64,000 nt of DNA from an uncultured Desulfatitalea sp. (GCA_963668675.2 CAXXMB010000002.1:2560001-2624000); one strand, 5' to 3'. Positions 10,726 to 20,909 are shown, counted from the stretch's first letter. Notes: a model not told the origin generated them from the sequence alone. Translations and numbers: made by a program.

Positions 10726-12174
10726 TTACGCCCTGTTCTTGAATGCCTCTTTTCGAATACCGTGATGACTCATGAGCTTATGCAACTGCCGGGTCGTGAT
10801 GCCGGCTTCCTCAGCAGAGCGATTGATCTTTCCACCGTTTCGGGAGAGAAGGTCTTTTAAATATCGGCGCTCAAAATCATCCAACGCCTGTCTGCGCGCC
10901 TCGGCCAACGGCAATTGGGTGTCTACCGTGAGTGTGGTCGAATCTGAAGCGTTTTCAAAAAGCTCCAAAGGGAATCCTTCAGGGGTCAGAACAGGAGATT
11001 CTTCCAAGATGTAGGCACGTTCCATTAGATTCTCCAACTCCCTCACATTTCCCGGCCAGTCGTAGTTGGCCAGGTTTTGGAGAACATGGGGGTGTACCGA
11101 AGAGATCGATTTTTGAAACTCCCGATTGAGACGCTCAAGAAAAAGGTGAACGAGTTGGGGCAAATCTTCGATGCGTTCGCTCAAAGGTGGTATGTGGATC
11201 GGAAAGACGTTCAATCGATAGTACAAATCCTTGCGAAATTGGCCCGTCTCACACGCGGTTTTCAAATCGCTATTGGTGGCGGCAATCACCCGGGCGTTGG
11301 TGTTGATCATCTCATCGCCGCCGACCCGACTGAACGTGCCATCCTGGAGGACTTGCAACAACTTAATTTGGGCCTGGGGCGTTAATGTGCCCACCTCATC
11401 CAGAAAGATGGTGCCGCCGTTGGCGATTTCGAACTTTCCCAGTTTTTTACGCATGGCGCCGGTAAATGCCCCTTTTTCATGCCCGAACAGTTCACTCTCA
11501 AGCAACGTGTCCGGTATGGCGCCACAATGCACACTGATGAATTGAGATTGATGGCGGTTGCTGTGCTGGTGAATCAATTTGGCCATCACGCTTTTCCCTG
11601 TGCCGGTGTCGCCGGTCAGGAGCACTGTGGTTTTGGTGGACGCCACCGATCGAATTTTTTTGAACACCGAGACCATGGCCTCGCTTTTGGTTTGGATCAC
11701 TTCACGGGCATCGTCTTTCCAAAATTTATCTCTCAGATAGTCCAGTTCTGATTGACGTATTTCTGTTTTTTTTAACGTGTCGATAACCAGCAGCACCTCG
11801 TCACAGGAGATTGGGTACGTGATGTAATCGTCAGCGCTTTGCTTGACCATGCTAACGGCCTGGCGAACTTTTTCGGGGGCGGCCATGATGACGATTTTGA
11901 TGGAGGGGGTCTGCTTTCGAAAAAGCTCTGCAACCGCGTCAAACGCTTTGTCGCCCATTGATTCCATCAAAATGTCCAGATCGATAATCACTCCTTCATA
12001 TCGCATCTGTTCAGCCATTTTGACGGCGTGTGGCACATCGACCGCGCTGTCGATTTTCAAGCCAGGCTCGAAAGCGGATTGAATCTTTGCAATATCGTCC
12101 GCTACAGCGGATATGATCAACAGGGATTGCAATGGCACCTCTGCAAGCTTTGAGTTGCATCCGAACAATTGCAT
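10726..12174 (-). CDS. Sigma54-dependent activator (receiver-like domain, AAA+, Fis HTH); start uncertain
   Basis: GDTGTGKS, ESELFGHEKGAFTGA, FRKDLYYRLNV, WPGNVRELEN and a C-terminal HTH. Confidence 0.92.
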   Translation of the reverse strand: MQLFGCNSKLAEVPLQSLLIISAVADDIAKIQSAFEPGLKIDSAVDVPHAVKMAEQMRYEGVIIDLDILMESMGDKAFDAVAELFRKQTPSIKIVIMAAPEKVRQAVSMVKQSADDYITYPISCDEVLLVIDTLKKTEIRQSELDYLRDKFWKDDAREVIQTKSEAMVSVFKKIRSVASTKTTVLLTGDTGTGKSVMAKLIHQHSNRHQSQFISVHCGAIPDTLLESELFGHEKGAFTGAMRKKLGKFEIANGGTIFLDEVGTLTPQAQIKLLQVLQDGTFSRVGGDEMINTNARVIAATNSDLKTACETGQFRKDLYYRLNVFPIHIPPLSERIEDLPQLVHLFLERLNREFQKSISSVHPHVLQNLANYDWPGNVRELENLMERAYILEESPVLTPEGFPLELFENASDSTTLTVDTQLPLAEARRQALDDFERRYLKDLLSRNGGKINRSAEEAGITTRQLHKLMSHHGIRKEAFKNRA

Positions 12175-12269
12175 CTTTACATAATAAAGGTGAACAGATC
12201 AATCAATGCATGATTACGGGTTAGAAGGGAAAATCATAGGGTGATGCTATTTTTTCTTCCAGAAGGGTT

Positions 12270-12352
12270 AGAACCTATAATTCCAGCGATGGTTCAGGCG
12301 ATAGATAAGAAATAGGAGTTCCCTTTTCTCCCGAACAGGAACCGAAGATTCC
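12270..12352. promoter_or_regulatory. Three palindromic RGAA-N7-TTCC sites, candidate activator enhancer
   Basis: AGAACCTATAATTCC (12270), AGAAATAGGAGTTCC (12308) and GGAACCGAAGATTCC (12338). The same motif pair recurs at 20079 and 20109. Confidence 0.55.
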
Positions 12353-12503
12353 ACTTCATTTATGGGGCATCAGCCGTCTAAACGATTTCAAAATCGGTCT
12401 TTGGCAATGGGGCGAGGCACTGCCGCTTATATGGCGGAAGTTTGGGTTCCGACCCCAAAAAACCTGGCGCAAATAATATATTTAAATACAGATAGTTAAA
12501 TTG

Positions 12504-12519
12504 TGGCATGCAAATTGAT
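12504..12519 (+). promoter_or_regulatory. Candidate sigma54 (-24/-12) promoter
   Basis: TGGCATGCAAATTGAT, near consensus with GA at -12, about 50 nt before ATG 12571. Confidence 0.5.
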
Positions 12520-12570
12520 TATGGTGATACCGACGAAATTACCGTCCCCAACTCAGACAAGGAGAATAAA

Positions 12571-12843
12571 ATGAAAGTAAAAACCAGTATGTTGCTTACC
12601 CTCGTTTTCTTGGCCATTTTCAGCATCGGTACCGCATTGGCCGGCGATGTGACCGTATCCGGCGAATTGACCGACGGCTATCAGATCGTCACCGCAACGG
12701 GTGATGTCTACGATGTCGCGGATGATGCAAAAGGAGAAGAGCTATCTGAAAATGTCGGTAAAAAAGTTGTGGTCCAAGGCACCCTGATGGAAGAAGAGGG
12801 CATCAAAACCATCACCGTGACCAGCTTTAAAGTGGTAGAATAA
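12571..12843 (+). CDS. Small exported beta-rich (OB-fold-like) protein
   Basis: AAGGAG RBS and a signal peptide ending ALA. The C-terminal VGKKVVVQGTL...TITVTSFKVV resembles 19545-19799. Confidence 0.75.
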   Translation: MKVKTSMLLTLVFLAIFSIGTALAGDVTVSGELTDGYQIVTATGDVYDVADDAKGEELSENVGKKVVVQGTLMEEEGIKTITVTSFKVVE

Positions 12844-12864
12844 CCGTTTTTACAACATGTTGTG

Positions 12865-12906
12865 GAGGGCGCTGTTCTGCTGAGCGGACGGTGCCCTTCT
12901 TTTTTT
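12865..12906 (+). terminator. Intrinsic terminator
   Basis: Stem AGGGCGCTGTTC/GGACGGTGCCCT followed by a T tract. Confidence 0.65.
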
Positions 12907-12955
12907 GTTGGCAGCGTCTAACCGCTGTTGTAGTTCAACTATAGAGGTGCAGCAC

Positions 12956-14050
12956 ATGTCGGAGAACAGTGATCTCAATTCGCGCTACAGCTTAATGGAC
13001 GGCGCAAATGGCATTGTGGACGATACGGTGAAGGACGTAGATGTCCAGCGAAGAATTGCCACCGATTCATCCCAGAACCTTTCGGCCCGGTTGGAAGCAT
13101 TCGAAGATATTATCGACTCCCAAGTGGGCGATACGTTGATGGTGCGCACCCGCAATATCGAGAGAGAGGTGGGGCTTCGTCAGTTGTATCTGAAATTTGA
13201 GGGGGGCAACCCCACCGGCACCCAGAAAGACCGGATTGCATTTGCCCAGGCCATGGATGCATTGCGCCGCGGTTTTGATACGGTTACCGTGGCCACATGC
13301 GGCAATTATGGTGTGGCGGCCGCCATGGCGTGTTCGCTGGCTGGTCTGCACTGTCTGGTTTTTCTTCCCGGCCACTATCATACCAAGAGAGTGGATGAGA
13401 TGGTCCGGCTCGGAGCTGAAATTAGAAGGATTCCAGGAGATTATGAAGCTGCCGTTGCAGCGGCCCGGCAGTATGCCCATGACCATGAGTGCTATGATGC
13501 CAATCCGGGCGGGGACAATACCGTCCTGCAAATCCAGGCATACGGGGCCATGGCGTACGAGATCTATGACGAACTCAGAGATGCACCGGCGGTGGTGGCC
13601 GCGCCCGTATCCAACGGGACGACGCTGGTCGGCTTGTACCGGGGTTTCTTGAGTCTGTACCGACGCGGCAAGACCTCCCATATGCCGCGTATCGTGGCCG
13701 GTTCATCTTTCGGTAAGAATCCCATCGTGCACTCTTTTATATCGGGGCACAGCAGTTGTATGGATCTGAGACCGGAGCGGATTCGTGAGACGGCCGTCAA
13801 CGAACCGCTGATCAACTGGCACTCCATTGATGGCGATTTGGCGCTAACCGCTATTCGTGAGACCAATGGATGGGCCGCCAATGCCTCGGATAAGGCCATG
13901 CGGCAGTATTCACGCTTATTGCGTGAAAAAGAGGGCTTGCAGGTATTGCCTGCATCCACGGCCGGTTTGATCGCTTTTATCGAACGCCACCGGACCGATC
14001 CGCTGCCCGGTGACCGATATGTGATCATTCTTACGGGAAGGAAAGCGTAA
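12956..14050 (+). CDS. PLP-dependent threonine synthase-like enzyme (fold type II)
   Basis: LKFEGGNPTGTQKDR (PLP lysine), TCGNYG and PVSNGTT. Confidence 0.85.
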   Translation: MSENSDLNSRYSLMDGANGIVDDTVKDVDVQRRIATDSSQNLSARLEAFEDIIDSQVGDTLMVRTRNIEREVGLRQLYLKFEGGNPTGTQKDRIAFAQAMDALRRGFDTVTVATCGNYGVAAAMACSLAGLHCLVFLPGHYHTKRVDEMVRLGAEIRRIPGDYEAAVAAARQYAHDHECYDANPGGDNTVLQIQAYGAMAYEIYDELRDAPAVVAAPVSNGTTLVGLYRGFLSLYRRGKTSHMPRIVAGSSFGKNPIVHSFISGHSSCMDLRPERIRETAVNEPLINWHSIDGDLALTAIRETNGWAANASDKAMRQYSRLLREKEGLQVLPASTAGLIAFIERHRTDPLPGDRYVIILTGRKA

Positions 14051-15139
14051 ATGGCTCAATTACACACACCCGAAGGCAATGCCTTGATCTATTGTCAAGG
14101 AGGTTTCAACACCACCAACGGCAAAACCGCCCATGGCCTTGTACGATATACGCAGCGGTATCGAATTCTGGGTGTTATCGATACGCGCTATGCCGGCCAA
14201 GATGCCGGGCAGGTCCTTGATGGGCTGGCCAGCGGCATACCCGTATACGCTAATTTGGCCGAAGCATTGGCCGCGCATGTGGAAAGTGGCATGCAGCCAA
14301 CCCATTTGGTAGTCGGCTTGGCACCGGATGGCGGCCGGCTGAGCAGTGAGGATCGCAAAGCGATGGCTGCTGCATTGGAGGCCGGTCTGCATGTGGACGC
14401 CGGTCTGCATGACTTTTTGTCGGACGACCCGATAATGAACGCTTTGGCGGAAAAGAAGGGTTGCCGTATCCGGGATATCCGAAAGCCGCCGCCAAGAAGC
14501 GAGCTGCACTTTTTCAGCGGCAAAATCGAGCAAGTGGATGCCCTCAAGATTGCGCTATTGGGAACCGATTCGGCTGTGGGCAAACGCACAACGGCGTGGC
14601 TGCTGGTGCATGCGCTGAATGCGGCCGGTGTCGCTGCCGAGATGGTGGGAACCGGTCAAACGGCATGGCTGCAAGGGGCGCGATACAGCATCGTACTCGA
14701 TTCACTGGTCAATGATTTTGTCTCCGGAGAGATAGAACATGCGGTGTGGTCGGCATGGAACGAGCAACATCCCCAGGCCATTGTGATCGAAGGCCAAGGC
14801 AGTTTAATGAACCCGGCCTATCCGGGCGGTTTCGAGATTCTGGCTGCCGGGCGCCCGGACATTGTGATCCTGCAGCATGCGCCGGCAAGAGAGGATTACG
14901 ACGGATTTCCAGGGTATCCGATGCACCCGCTGCCGGTTCAGATCCAGGCAATAGAACTGCTTTCGGGCAAACCCGTTGTAGCGGTAACGGTGAACCACGA
15001 GGGGCTTTCACCCGAGCAGCTGCCCCAAACCTTTGAATGCATTGAGCAGGAGACAGGCTTGCCGGCCTTCGATGTGCTCAACGATGGCGCCGGGGCCTTG
15101 GCAGCGCTGATCATCAGACGGCTGGAAGAAATGCGATGA
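14051..15139 (+). CDS. DUF1611 family protein (DgcN-like)
   Basis: GKTAHGLVR, GTDSAVGKRTT, GTGQT and IEGQGSL. Confidence 0.85.
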   Translation: MAQLHTPEGNALIYCQGGFNTTNGKTAHGLVRYTQRYRILGVIDTRYAGQDAGQVLDGLASGIPVYANLAEALAAHVESGMQPTHLVVGLAPDGGRLSSEDRKAMAAALEAGLHVDAGLHDFLSDDPIMNALAEKKGCRIRDIRKPPPRSELHFFSGKIEQVDALKIALLGTDSAVGKRTTAWLLVHALNAAGVAAEMVGTGQTAWLQGARYSIVLDSLVNDFVSGEIEHAVWSAWNEQHPQAIVIEGQGSLMNPAYPGGFEILAAGRPDIVILQHAPAREDYDGFPGYPMHPLPVQIQAIELLSGKPVVAVTVNHEGLSPEQLPQTFECIEQETGLPAFDVLNDGAGALAALIIRRLEEMR

Positions 15140-17529
15140 GTACTTCCCAAAGTTCATACCCAGACAATCCGATGCAGGCACTTCTGGTAATCGATCGATT
15201 GCAGGTCGGTCCCTTGCGGTTGGAGAACAAACGGCTGGTGATGCCCTACCGGGTGGAACAAGGCGACCGGTCGGAGCAGTTTGATCTGATCTACTCATAC
15301 GAGGAGCGTGTGTTTGATCCTGAAGAGCCCGAGTCTATTAACCTGGCTGCCATGATCGGCGCCCAGGCGGCGCTAAACTACGGTCTTTTTTGTCGGGAGA
15401 TCATTTTTCACGGCCCTTTTGACGGATCGGATCGCCGCTTTTTGCGCACCATGGCCGAAAATACGTCCAAAGAGATTTACGTCAAAAAGTTTCTGGAGCC
15501 CAATCCGTTTTTGCAAGGTGCCGTCAGCAATCTACCGGTAGTTGTACAGAAAAACTACCTCCAAGCGCGCTTGCGATTTGTGGATCAGAACAAAGGGAAA
15601 GCGAGACTCACGCGCTGGCAGCGCTGGCCAACTGATCGGCATCGCCACTGTATTCTATCCAGTGGCGGCAAAGACAGCCTGCTCAGTTTTGGTTTAATGC
15701 AAGAGATTGTCGGCGGTGCTTCTCAAGCAAGCTTCAAAGGTGAGGTTCATCCGATTTTTGTCAACGAATCGGGCCGGCACTGGTTTACGGCATTGAATGC
15801 CTATCGCCATTTTGAACGCTACGTGCCCAATACGGCCCGCGTGTGGGTCAACAGCGACCGGCTGTTTGCCTGGATGCTGCGCAGGCTGCCGTTTATCCGT
15901 TCTGATTTTGCCGACGTCCGCTCGGATGAGTATCCGATCCGGCTGTGGACTGTGGCTGTTTTTCTGTTCGGTGTGCTGCCCTTGATGCGCAAACGCGGAA
16001 TAGGCCGCCTGCTCATCGGCGATGAATACGACACCACCGTGCAGGCCATCTTTCAAGGCATACGGCACTTCGACGGTCTTTATGATCAAAGTGTCCTGTT
16101 CGACCGGGCCATGTCCGCTTACTTTATGCAAAAAGGGTGGGGGGTCAGCCAATTTTCCATTTTGCGTCCCCTTTCGGAGATGTCCATCGAGACGATATTG
16201 ACCAGACGCTTCCCGGAGCTGCAAAAACTGCAGATGTCGTGTCATGCCACCAGCAAGCAAGCGGACCGTGTTGTGCCCTGCGGCCGTTGTGAGAAGTGCC
16301 GGCGTATTGTGGGCATGTTGACCGCCATCGGCGCCGATCCCCAGCGGTGCGGATACACAGAAGCGCAAGTCCAACACTGTCTGCAGCGACTCGCTTCCGG
16401 CAGAATACACCAGGAAGCGGCAGGTGCCGAGCAGCTGCTCTATCTTCTGAGTCAGGCCAAAATGATCGACTTGGATGGCGAAGCCGGTCCGCAACCCCAG
16501 GAGCGGCCGGAGGTAATCAGCATGCGCTTTGATGGCGAATGCTCTCCCTTCGATGCAATACCACTCAATCTGCGCGCTCCGCTCTATCGCATATACAGTC
16601 AATACACCCGAGGCGCCTTGCTGCGCAATAGGGGCCACTGGAGGGCCATGGACCCCCTTTCCGCTACGGCCCTGAACTCACCCTATCCGTTTGAAAGCGA
16701 CATTGATCAGGCCTCATCCGACATCGAGGTGGTGGCGGATAAGACCCACAATGACTACGAATGGGGACAGATGACCTGGCCGCAGATGGCCCAACGATTA
16801 AAAAATATCGATATCGCGCTGCTGCCGGTGGGCGCCATCGAGCAACACGGCCCCCACTTGCCGCTGGACACCGATGCCTATGACGCCGATCGTTTAGCGC
16901 GTATGGTGGCCGAAGCGTGCCCTCCTCCCAAGCCGCTGGTTTTGCCGGCCGTGCCGTACGGCATCTCCTATCACCACAGCGATTTCAAAGGTACGCTCAG
17001 TGTCGGCAATGAGTCGTTTTCCAGCCTGATCTATGATATCGGGATGAGTGTGGCGGCCAACGGCATCCGCAAACTGATCATTATCAACGGCCACGGCGGA
17101 AATGGACCGGCCTTGAACTATGCGGCCCAGCGCATCAACCGCGATGCCCATATTTTTGTGTGTGTCGATAGCGGTGAAACCAGCGATGTGGATATTGCCG
17201 CCCTGATCCAAACAGCCAACGATGTTCATGCCGGGGAGATCGAGACCAGTACCAGCCTGGCTACCCGCCCTCATCTGGTGAGACAAAGCGAAGCGGTGTC
17301 GGAAGTGCCCCATTTCTCCAATCGCTATCTTGATTTTACGTCACGGCACGCCATCTCCTGGTACGCCTACACGGATAAGATTTCCGATTCCGGGGTCATG
17401 GGAAATCCGCTGCTGGCCGATGCGGCCAAGGGCGAAAGGATCTGGGAAATCATGGTGGCCCACCTGGTCGCACTGGTGGAAGATATTAAGCAAATGAGCC
17501 TGGATGAAATTCATCAGAGGAGCGTGTAA
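15136..17529 (+). CDS. Fusion of an N-terminal PP-loop ATPase/Zn domain and a C-terminal creatininase-family amidohydrolase
   Basis: N-terminal SSGGKDS and SCH...PCGRCEKC; C-terminal GAIEQHGPHLPLDTD, NGHGGN and HAGEIETS. Confidence 0.82.
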   Translation: MSTSQSSYPDNPMQALLVIDRLQVGPLRLENKRLVMPYRVEQGDRSEQFDLIYSYEERVFDPEEPESINLAAMIGAQAALNYGLFCREIIFHGPFDGSDRRFLRTMAENTSKEIYVKKFLEPNPFLQGAVSNLPVVVQKNYLQARLRFVDQNKGKARLTRWQRWPTDRHRHCILSSGGKDSLLSFGLMQEIVGGASQASFKGEVHPIFVNESGRHWFTALNAYRHFERYVPNTARVWVNSDRLFAWMLRRLPFIRSDFADVRSDEYPIRLWTVAVFLFGVLPLMRKRGIGRLLIGDEYDTTVQAIFQGIRHFDGLYDQSVLFDRAMSAYFMQKGWGVSQFSILRPLSEMSIETILTRRFPELQKLQMSCHATSKQADRVVPCGRCEKCRRIVGMLTAIGADPQRCGYTEAQVQHCLQRLASGRIHQEAAGAEQLLYLLSQAKMIDLDGEAGPQPQERPEVISMRFDGECSPFDAIPLNLRAPLYRIYSQYTRGALLRNRGHWRAMDPLSATALNSPYPFESDIDQASSDIEVVADKTHNDYEWGQMTWPQMAQRLKNIDIALLPVGAIEQHGPHLPLDTDAYDADRLARMVAEACPPPKPLVLPAVPYGISYHHSDFKGTLSVGNESFSSLIYDIGMSVAANGIRKLIIINGHGGNGPALNYAAQRINRDAHIFVCVDSGETSDVDIAALIQTANDVHAGEIETSTSLATRPHLVRQSEAVSEVPHFSNRYLDFTSRHAISWYAYTDKISDSGVMGNPLLADAAKGERIWEIMVAHLVALVEDIKQMSLDEIHQRSV

Positions 17530-17532
17530 CCC

Positions 17533-18600
17533 GTGAAGATTACTTCCGTTCACGCCTGTCTGGTTCCTATCGATTTGGCCGAGCCTTACACCATTGCCTA
17601 TGAAAGCGTTAGCCGTGTAGAGAATGTCTTCTTGTGTTTGGAGACGGATTATGGGGTCTGTGGCTTTGGTTGTGCCGCACCGGACCTTGCTGTGACCCAT
17701 GAAACCGCCGCCGGGACCCACGATTTGGTGGCGGCGACGATAGCGCCCTGCCTTCAAGGTGCAGATCCCCTTAAAATGGCGGTGGTTTTGAATGAATTAC
17801 TACCCGCACTCAGGCCTTACCCATCAGCATTGGCCATGGTGGATATGGCCTTGTACGATCTGCTGGGAAAAAGAGCGGGGTTACCGCTTTTTCAGCTGTT
17901 GGGCGGTTTTCGTGACAGCATATCGACCAGTGTTACCATCGGCATTTTACCCCTTGAAGAGACGCTTTCTGCGGCCAAGGCCCACGTCAAACGAGGCTTC
18001 GCGGCGTTGAAGGTCAAAGGGGGAGTAGAGGTCGACGCGGATATCGAAAAGATGTGTCAGCTCAGACAGGCTCTGGGCAGCCATGTCCAACTGCGGTTCG
18101 ATGCGAACCAGGGGTATACGGCTGACCAGGCGCGGCAGTTCTTGCAAGGCACCTTAAAAGCGGATCTGGAGCTGTTCGAGCAACCCACGCCGAGAGAGGA
18201 TTTCGACCTGCTTGGGCAAATTACCCGTCAATCCGATATCCCTGTTATGGCGGATGAGAGCATCATGGGCTTGCGCGATGTGTTTCGTCTTGCAAAGAAC
18301 GGTCTGGTGGACATGGTCAATATCAAACTCATGAAGACCGGTGGCATTGATCGTGCGATCCAAATTCATGCCGTTGCCCGAGCTGCAGGCATTGATGTCA
18401 TGGTAGGGTGCATGGATGAATCGGCCCTGGCCATCGCTGCCGGGCTGCATTTTGCCCTTAGCCGCCCCGGCATCACCCATGCGGATCTTGACGGACACTT
18501 GGATTTAAGGGGTGACCCGGCGTCAGGGGCTGTCTTGCTCAAAAAGGGTGTGCTCTATCCGACTGGCAGGCCGGGGCTGGGGCTCGATCCGAAACTATGA
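17533..18600 (+). CDS. Dipeptide (L-Ala-D/L-Glu) epimerase, enolase superfamily
   Basis: LKVK, FDANQG, EQP, ADES, NIKLMKTGG, GCMDES and DLDG. Confidence 0.88.
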   Translation: MKITSVHACLVPIDLAEPYTIAYESVSRVENVFLCLETDYGVCGFGCAAPDLAVTHETAAGTHDLVAATIAPCLQGADPLKMAVVLNELLPALRPYPSALAMVDMALYDLLGKRAGLPLFQLLGGFRDSISTSVTIGILPLEETLSAAKAHVKRGFAALKVKGGVEVDADIEKMCQLRQALGSHVQLRFDANQGYTADQARQFLQGTLKADLELFEQPTPREDFDLLGQITRQSDIPVMADESIMGLRDVFRLAKNGLVDMVNIKLMKTGGIDRAIQIHAVARAAGIDVMVGCMDESALAIAAGLHFALSRPGITHADLDGHLDLRGDPASGAVLLKKGVLYPTGRPGLGLDPKL

Positions 18601-18611
18601 TGTCCCTGGTC

Positions 18612-18642
18612 AAAAAGAGAAGGCGGCCGGTGGCGGCCGCCT
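18612..18642 (-). terminator. Intrinsic terminator between convergent units
   Basis: AGGCGGCCG-GTGG-CGGCCGCCT hairpin, with an A-rich run giving a U tract on the minus strand. Confidence 0.55.
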
Positions 18643-18754
18643 CATCCTGAATATGAGATTCGGTTCAAGCGCATACTGTCCCGCGCCGTGATCTCATCGA
18701 ATCGTTCGTATCGTATGAGGATCTATCTTTATCCCTATCCCTGCTTGAAGACGA

Positions 18755-19024
18755 TCAGGCAACCGATGCTTTCAATGCCTTCCCGGCAGTAAACTGAGGC
18801 ACCTTTCTCGCTTTAATTTTGATGGCTTCACCCGTGCTTGGATTGCGGCCCATGCGTGCTTTGCGCTTGGACACTTTAAAGGTGCCGAATCCGGTCAGTG
18901 TGATTTTTTCTCCATTTTTAAGGCCTTTTGCAATGGTGTCTAGAAGAGAATTCAATGCAACCTCAGCCTCTTTTTTGGTGTTGAGATACTTTGCCATTTC
19001 GTCGATCAATTCACTTTTTGTCAT
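18755..19024 (-). CDS. hup: HU-family DNA-binding protein
   Basis: MTKSELI, GFGTFKV, RKARMGRNP and FTAGKALK. Confidence 0.92.
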   Translation of the reverse strand: MTKSELIDEMAKYLNTKKEAEVALNSLLDTIAKGLKNGEKITLTGFGTFKVSKRKARMGRNPSTGEAIKIKARKVPQFTAGKALKASVA

Positions 19025-19081
19025 AAGAGATACCCTTTCAAATGCGTTGTCAGAAAAACGATTGAATACTTTATGCTATGG

Positions 19082-19483
19082 TTAAAATCCAGATGCCACT
19101 TCCTGTGCCTCTATGATCGTTTTGCATCGGATGCAATAGGCGGCCACCGGTCTTGCTTTCAGGCGGAGAGGGTTTATCTCTTCTTCGCAGGCTTCGCAAA
19201 TTCCGAATGTGCCCTCTTCTATTTTGTCCAACGTTATTTTAATCTTGTTAATGAGACGGCTTTCACGCTCCCGAATGCGCAAGGTGTAGTTCCGGTCGAC
19301 ATCTATAACAGCGCGCTCGATGGGATCCGCAGATTGGGTGTTGTGCTGGAGCAAGAATCCGACGGTTCTTTCGGCAGAGTATAACAGATCGTTCAGTTGG
19401 TGGGTCAGCATCCGCTTGAATTCTGCTATATCTTCGGGCGTCAACGACGGTTCAGCACTTTGTGTTGATACGGGTCTCATCAT
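19082..19483 (-). CDS. dksA: DksA/TraR C4 zinc-finger protein
   Basis: Coiled coil ADPIERA, plus CEACEEEI..RLKARP...CIRC. Confidence 0.8.
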   Translation of the reverse strand: MMRPVSTQSAEPSLTPEDIAEFKRMLTHQLNDLLYSAERTVGFLLQHNTQSADPIERAVIDVDRNYTLRIRERESRLINKIKITLDKIEEGTFGICEACEEEINPLRLKARPVAAYCIRCKTIIEAQEVASGF

Positions 19484-19544
19484 GAATCAATTCGCTCCTG
19501 CAGTTGCGGCACGAGTCGTTCACCATTGATACAGGTTCTAATGG

Positions 19545-19799
19545 CTATTCATCATCTATGACGCTGAATCGTTTTATGGTGATACGCCGCGTGGATTTTC
19601 TGTCCCGTTTTACGCTCCCTTTGGCTTCTATGCACTTTTGGACCAAGTCGATGAATTTATCTCCGTTTTCGATAAAATACTCCTCATCGTCGGTGGCACT
19701 TAGAGCAACTGCTGTAATTTGGTCATCCTCATCCCATTGTATTGGAGTGACGATACCTACCAGTGTTTCACCGTTTTGGTTCGACTTTTTTTTGGACAT
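19545..19799 (-). CDS. Small hypothetical protein, resembling 12571-12843 but without a signal peptide
   Basis: AGGAG RBS; C-terminal LVQKCIEAKGSV...RITIKRFSVI. Confidence 0.7.
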   Translation of the reverse strand: MSKKKSNQNGETLVGIVTPIQWDEDDQITAVALSATDDEEYFIENGDKFIDLVQKCIEAKGSVKRDRKSTRRITIKRFSVIDDE

Positions 19800-19923
19800 A
19801 AACCACTCCTATGTCCCCGCTTCAATAGTTGTCTCTGGAATCAGAGTGCTTAATGGGCCTGCGAATCAAACCCGTTTTCATTCAGTAAGCTGTCTGGCAT
19901 TGCTTTTTTGTCCCATTGCGAAG

Positions 19924-19939
19924 AGCAACAGCCGTGCCA
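19924..19939 (-). promoter_or_regulatory. Consensus sigma54 promoter for the hypothetical-dksA-hup unit
   Basis: The minus strand reads TGGCACGGCTGTTGCT, an exact TGGCAC-N5-TTGC match. Confidence 0.75.
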
Positions 19940-20078
19940 TACTGAAATACTAAATTTTTCAATGATTACAGTCATAAAAAATTGGCACGGCAATTAGAAA
20001 GAGGTCTCGATAGTTCGTTTTGGTATGCAATCATGCCTTTGACGGAGTAACCCATTGATGCGTAAGGGAATTTTGAGA

Positions 20079-20123
20079 AGAACTTGGAATTCCGATAACA
20101 AAAAAACCGGAACTGTCATTTCT
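20079..20123. promoter_or_regulatory. Pair of RGAA-N7-TTCY sites, candidate enhancer
   Basis: AGAACTTGGAATTCC and GGAACTGTCATTTCT, 30 bp apart, the same spacing as 12308/12338. Confidence 0.55.
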
Positions 20124-20411
20124 CTTTCTTGTGGGTGAGCTGTCGAAAGCATGGGCTCATATATCATCTCCGCTTTTTTGCCTATTTGATATCACAGCGA
20201 AAAGTCCTCATGAAAAATCCATAGAGGGTTTTGGCACAGTATGAGCATTAAGCGTCAATGGCCGTTCCGAGGAGAAAGTAGAAAAAGGGACAAGCTGAAA
20301 AAGCCTTGCATTTTTGAAGTTCATTAATTAAATGCAGCTCTGCTTTTCGAATTCGGCCGTCAATCGGCCATTTTATTAACTGCCATCCGTGTCGAAAGGG
20401 GGGCCCGATGA

Positions 20412-20909
20412 ATGAAAAGGGAAGCTATTGCCACACAGCCGGTGTTGCCCACTATAGGGCTTGCAACCTGTAATGCCGATTGGCCGAATCATCATGACGA
20501 TGCATCTTCGGCCGGCGTTTCCGCAGACCACTTTGTCGAACGGGACGGAACCGTTTTTGCCGGAACACACCTCATACTGGACTTGTGGGGAGCCAAAAAT
20601 CTCGACAACTTAAAGGTGGTTGAGCGCGCATTGCGTGAAAGCGTGGATCGCTGCAACGCAACGCTGCTGCACATCCATCTGCACCATTTTACGCCCAATG
20701 GCGGTATCTCTGGTGTAGCCGTATTGGCCGAATCCCATATAAGCGTACACACCTGGCCGGAGCGTGATTTCGCCGCGTTTGATATCTTCATGTGCGGTGA
20801 AGCGAAACCCGAAGAGGCGATTTGCGTGCTAAAAAGAGCATTTTGTCCGAAGGTCATGAATATCAGGGAAAACCTGAGAGGAGTGGTCGATCATGCCCAG
20901 GTTCAGTGA
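20412..20909 (+). CDS. speD: S-adenosylmethionine decarboxylase proenzyme
   Basis: GTHLILDL, pyruvoyl cleavage site LAESHISVHTWPE and DIFMCG. Confidence 0.93.
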   Translation: MKREAIATQPVLPTIGLATCNADWPNHHDDASSAGVSADHFVERDGTVFAGTHLILDLWGAKNLDNLKVVERALRESVDRCNATLLHIHLHHFTPNGGISGVAVLAESHISVHTWPERDFAAFDIFMCGEAKPEEAICVLKRAFCPKVMNIRENLRGVVDHAQVQ

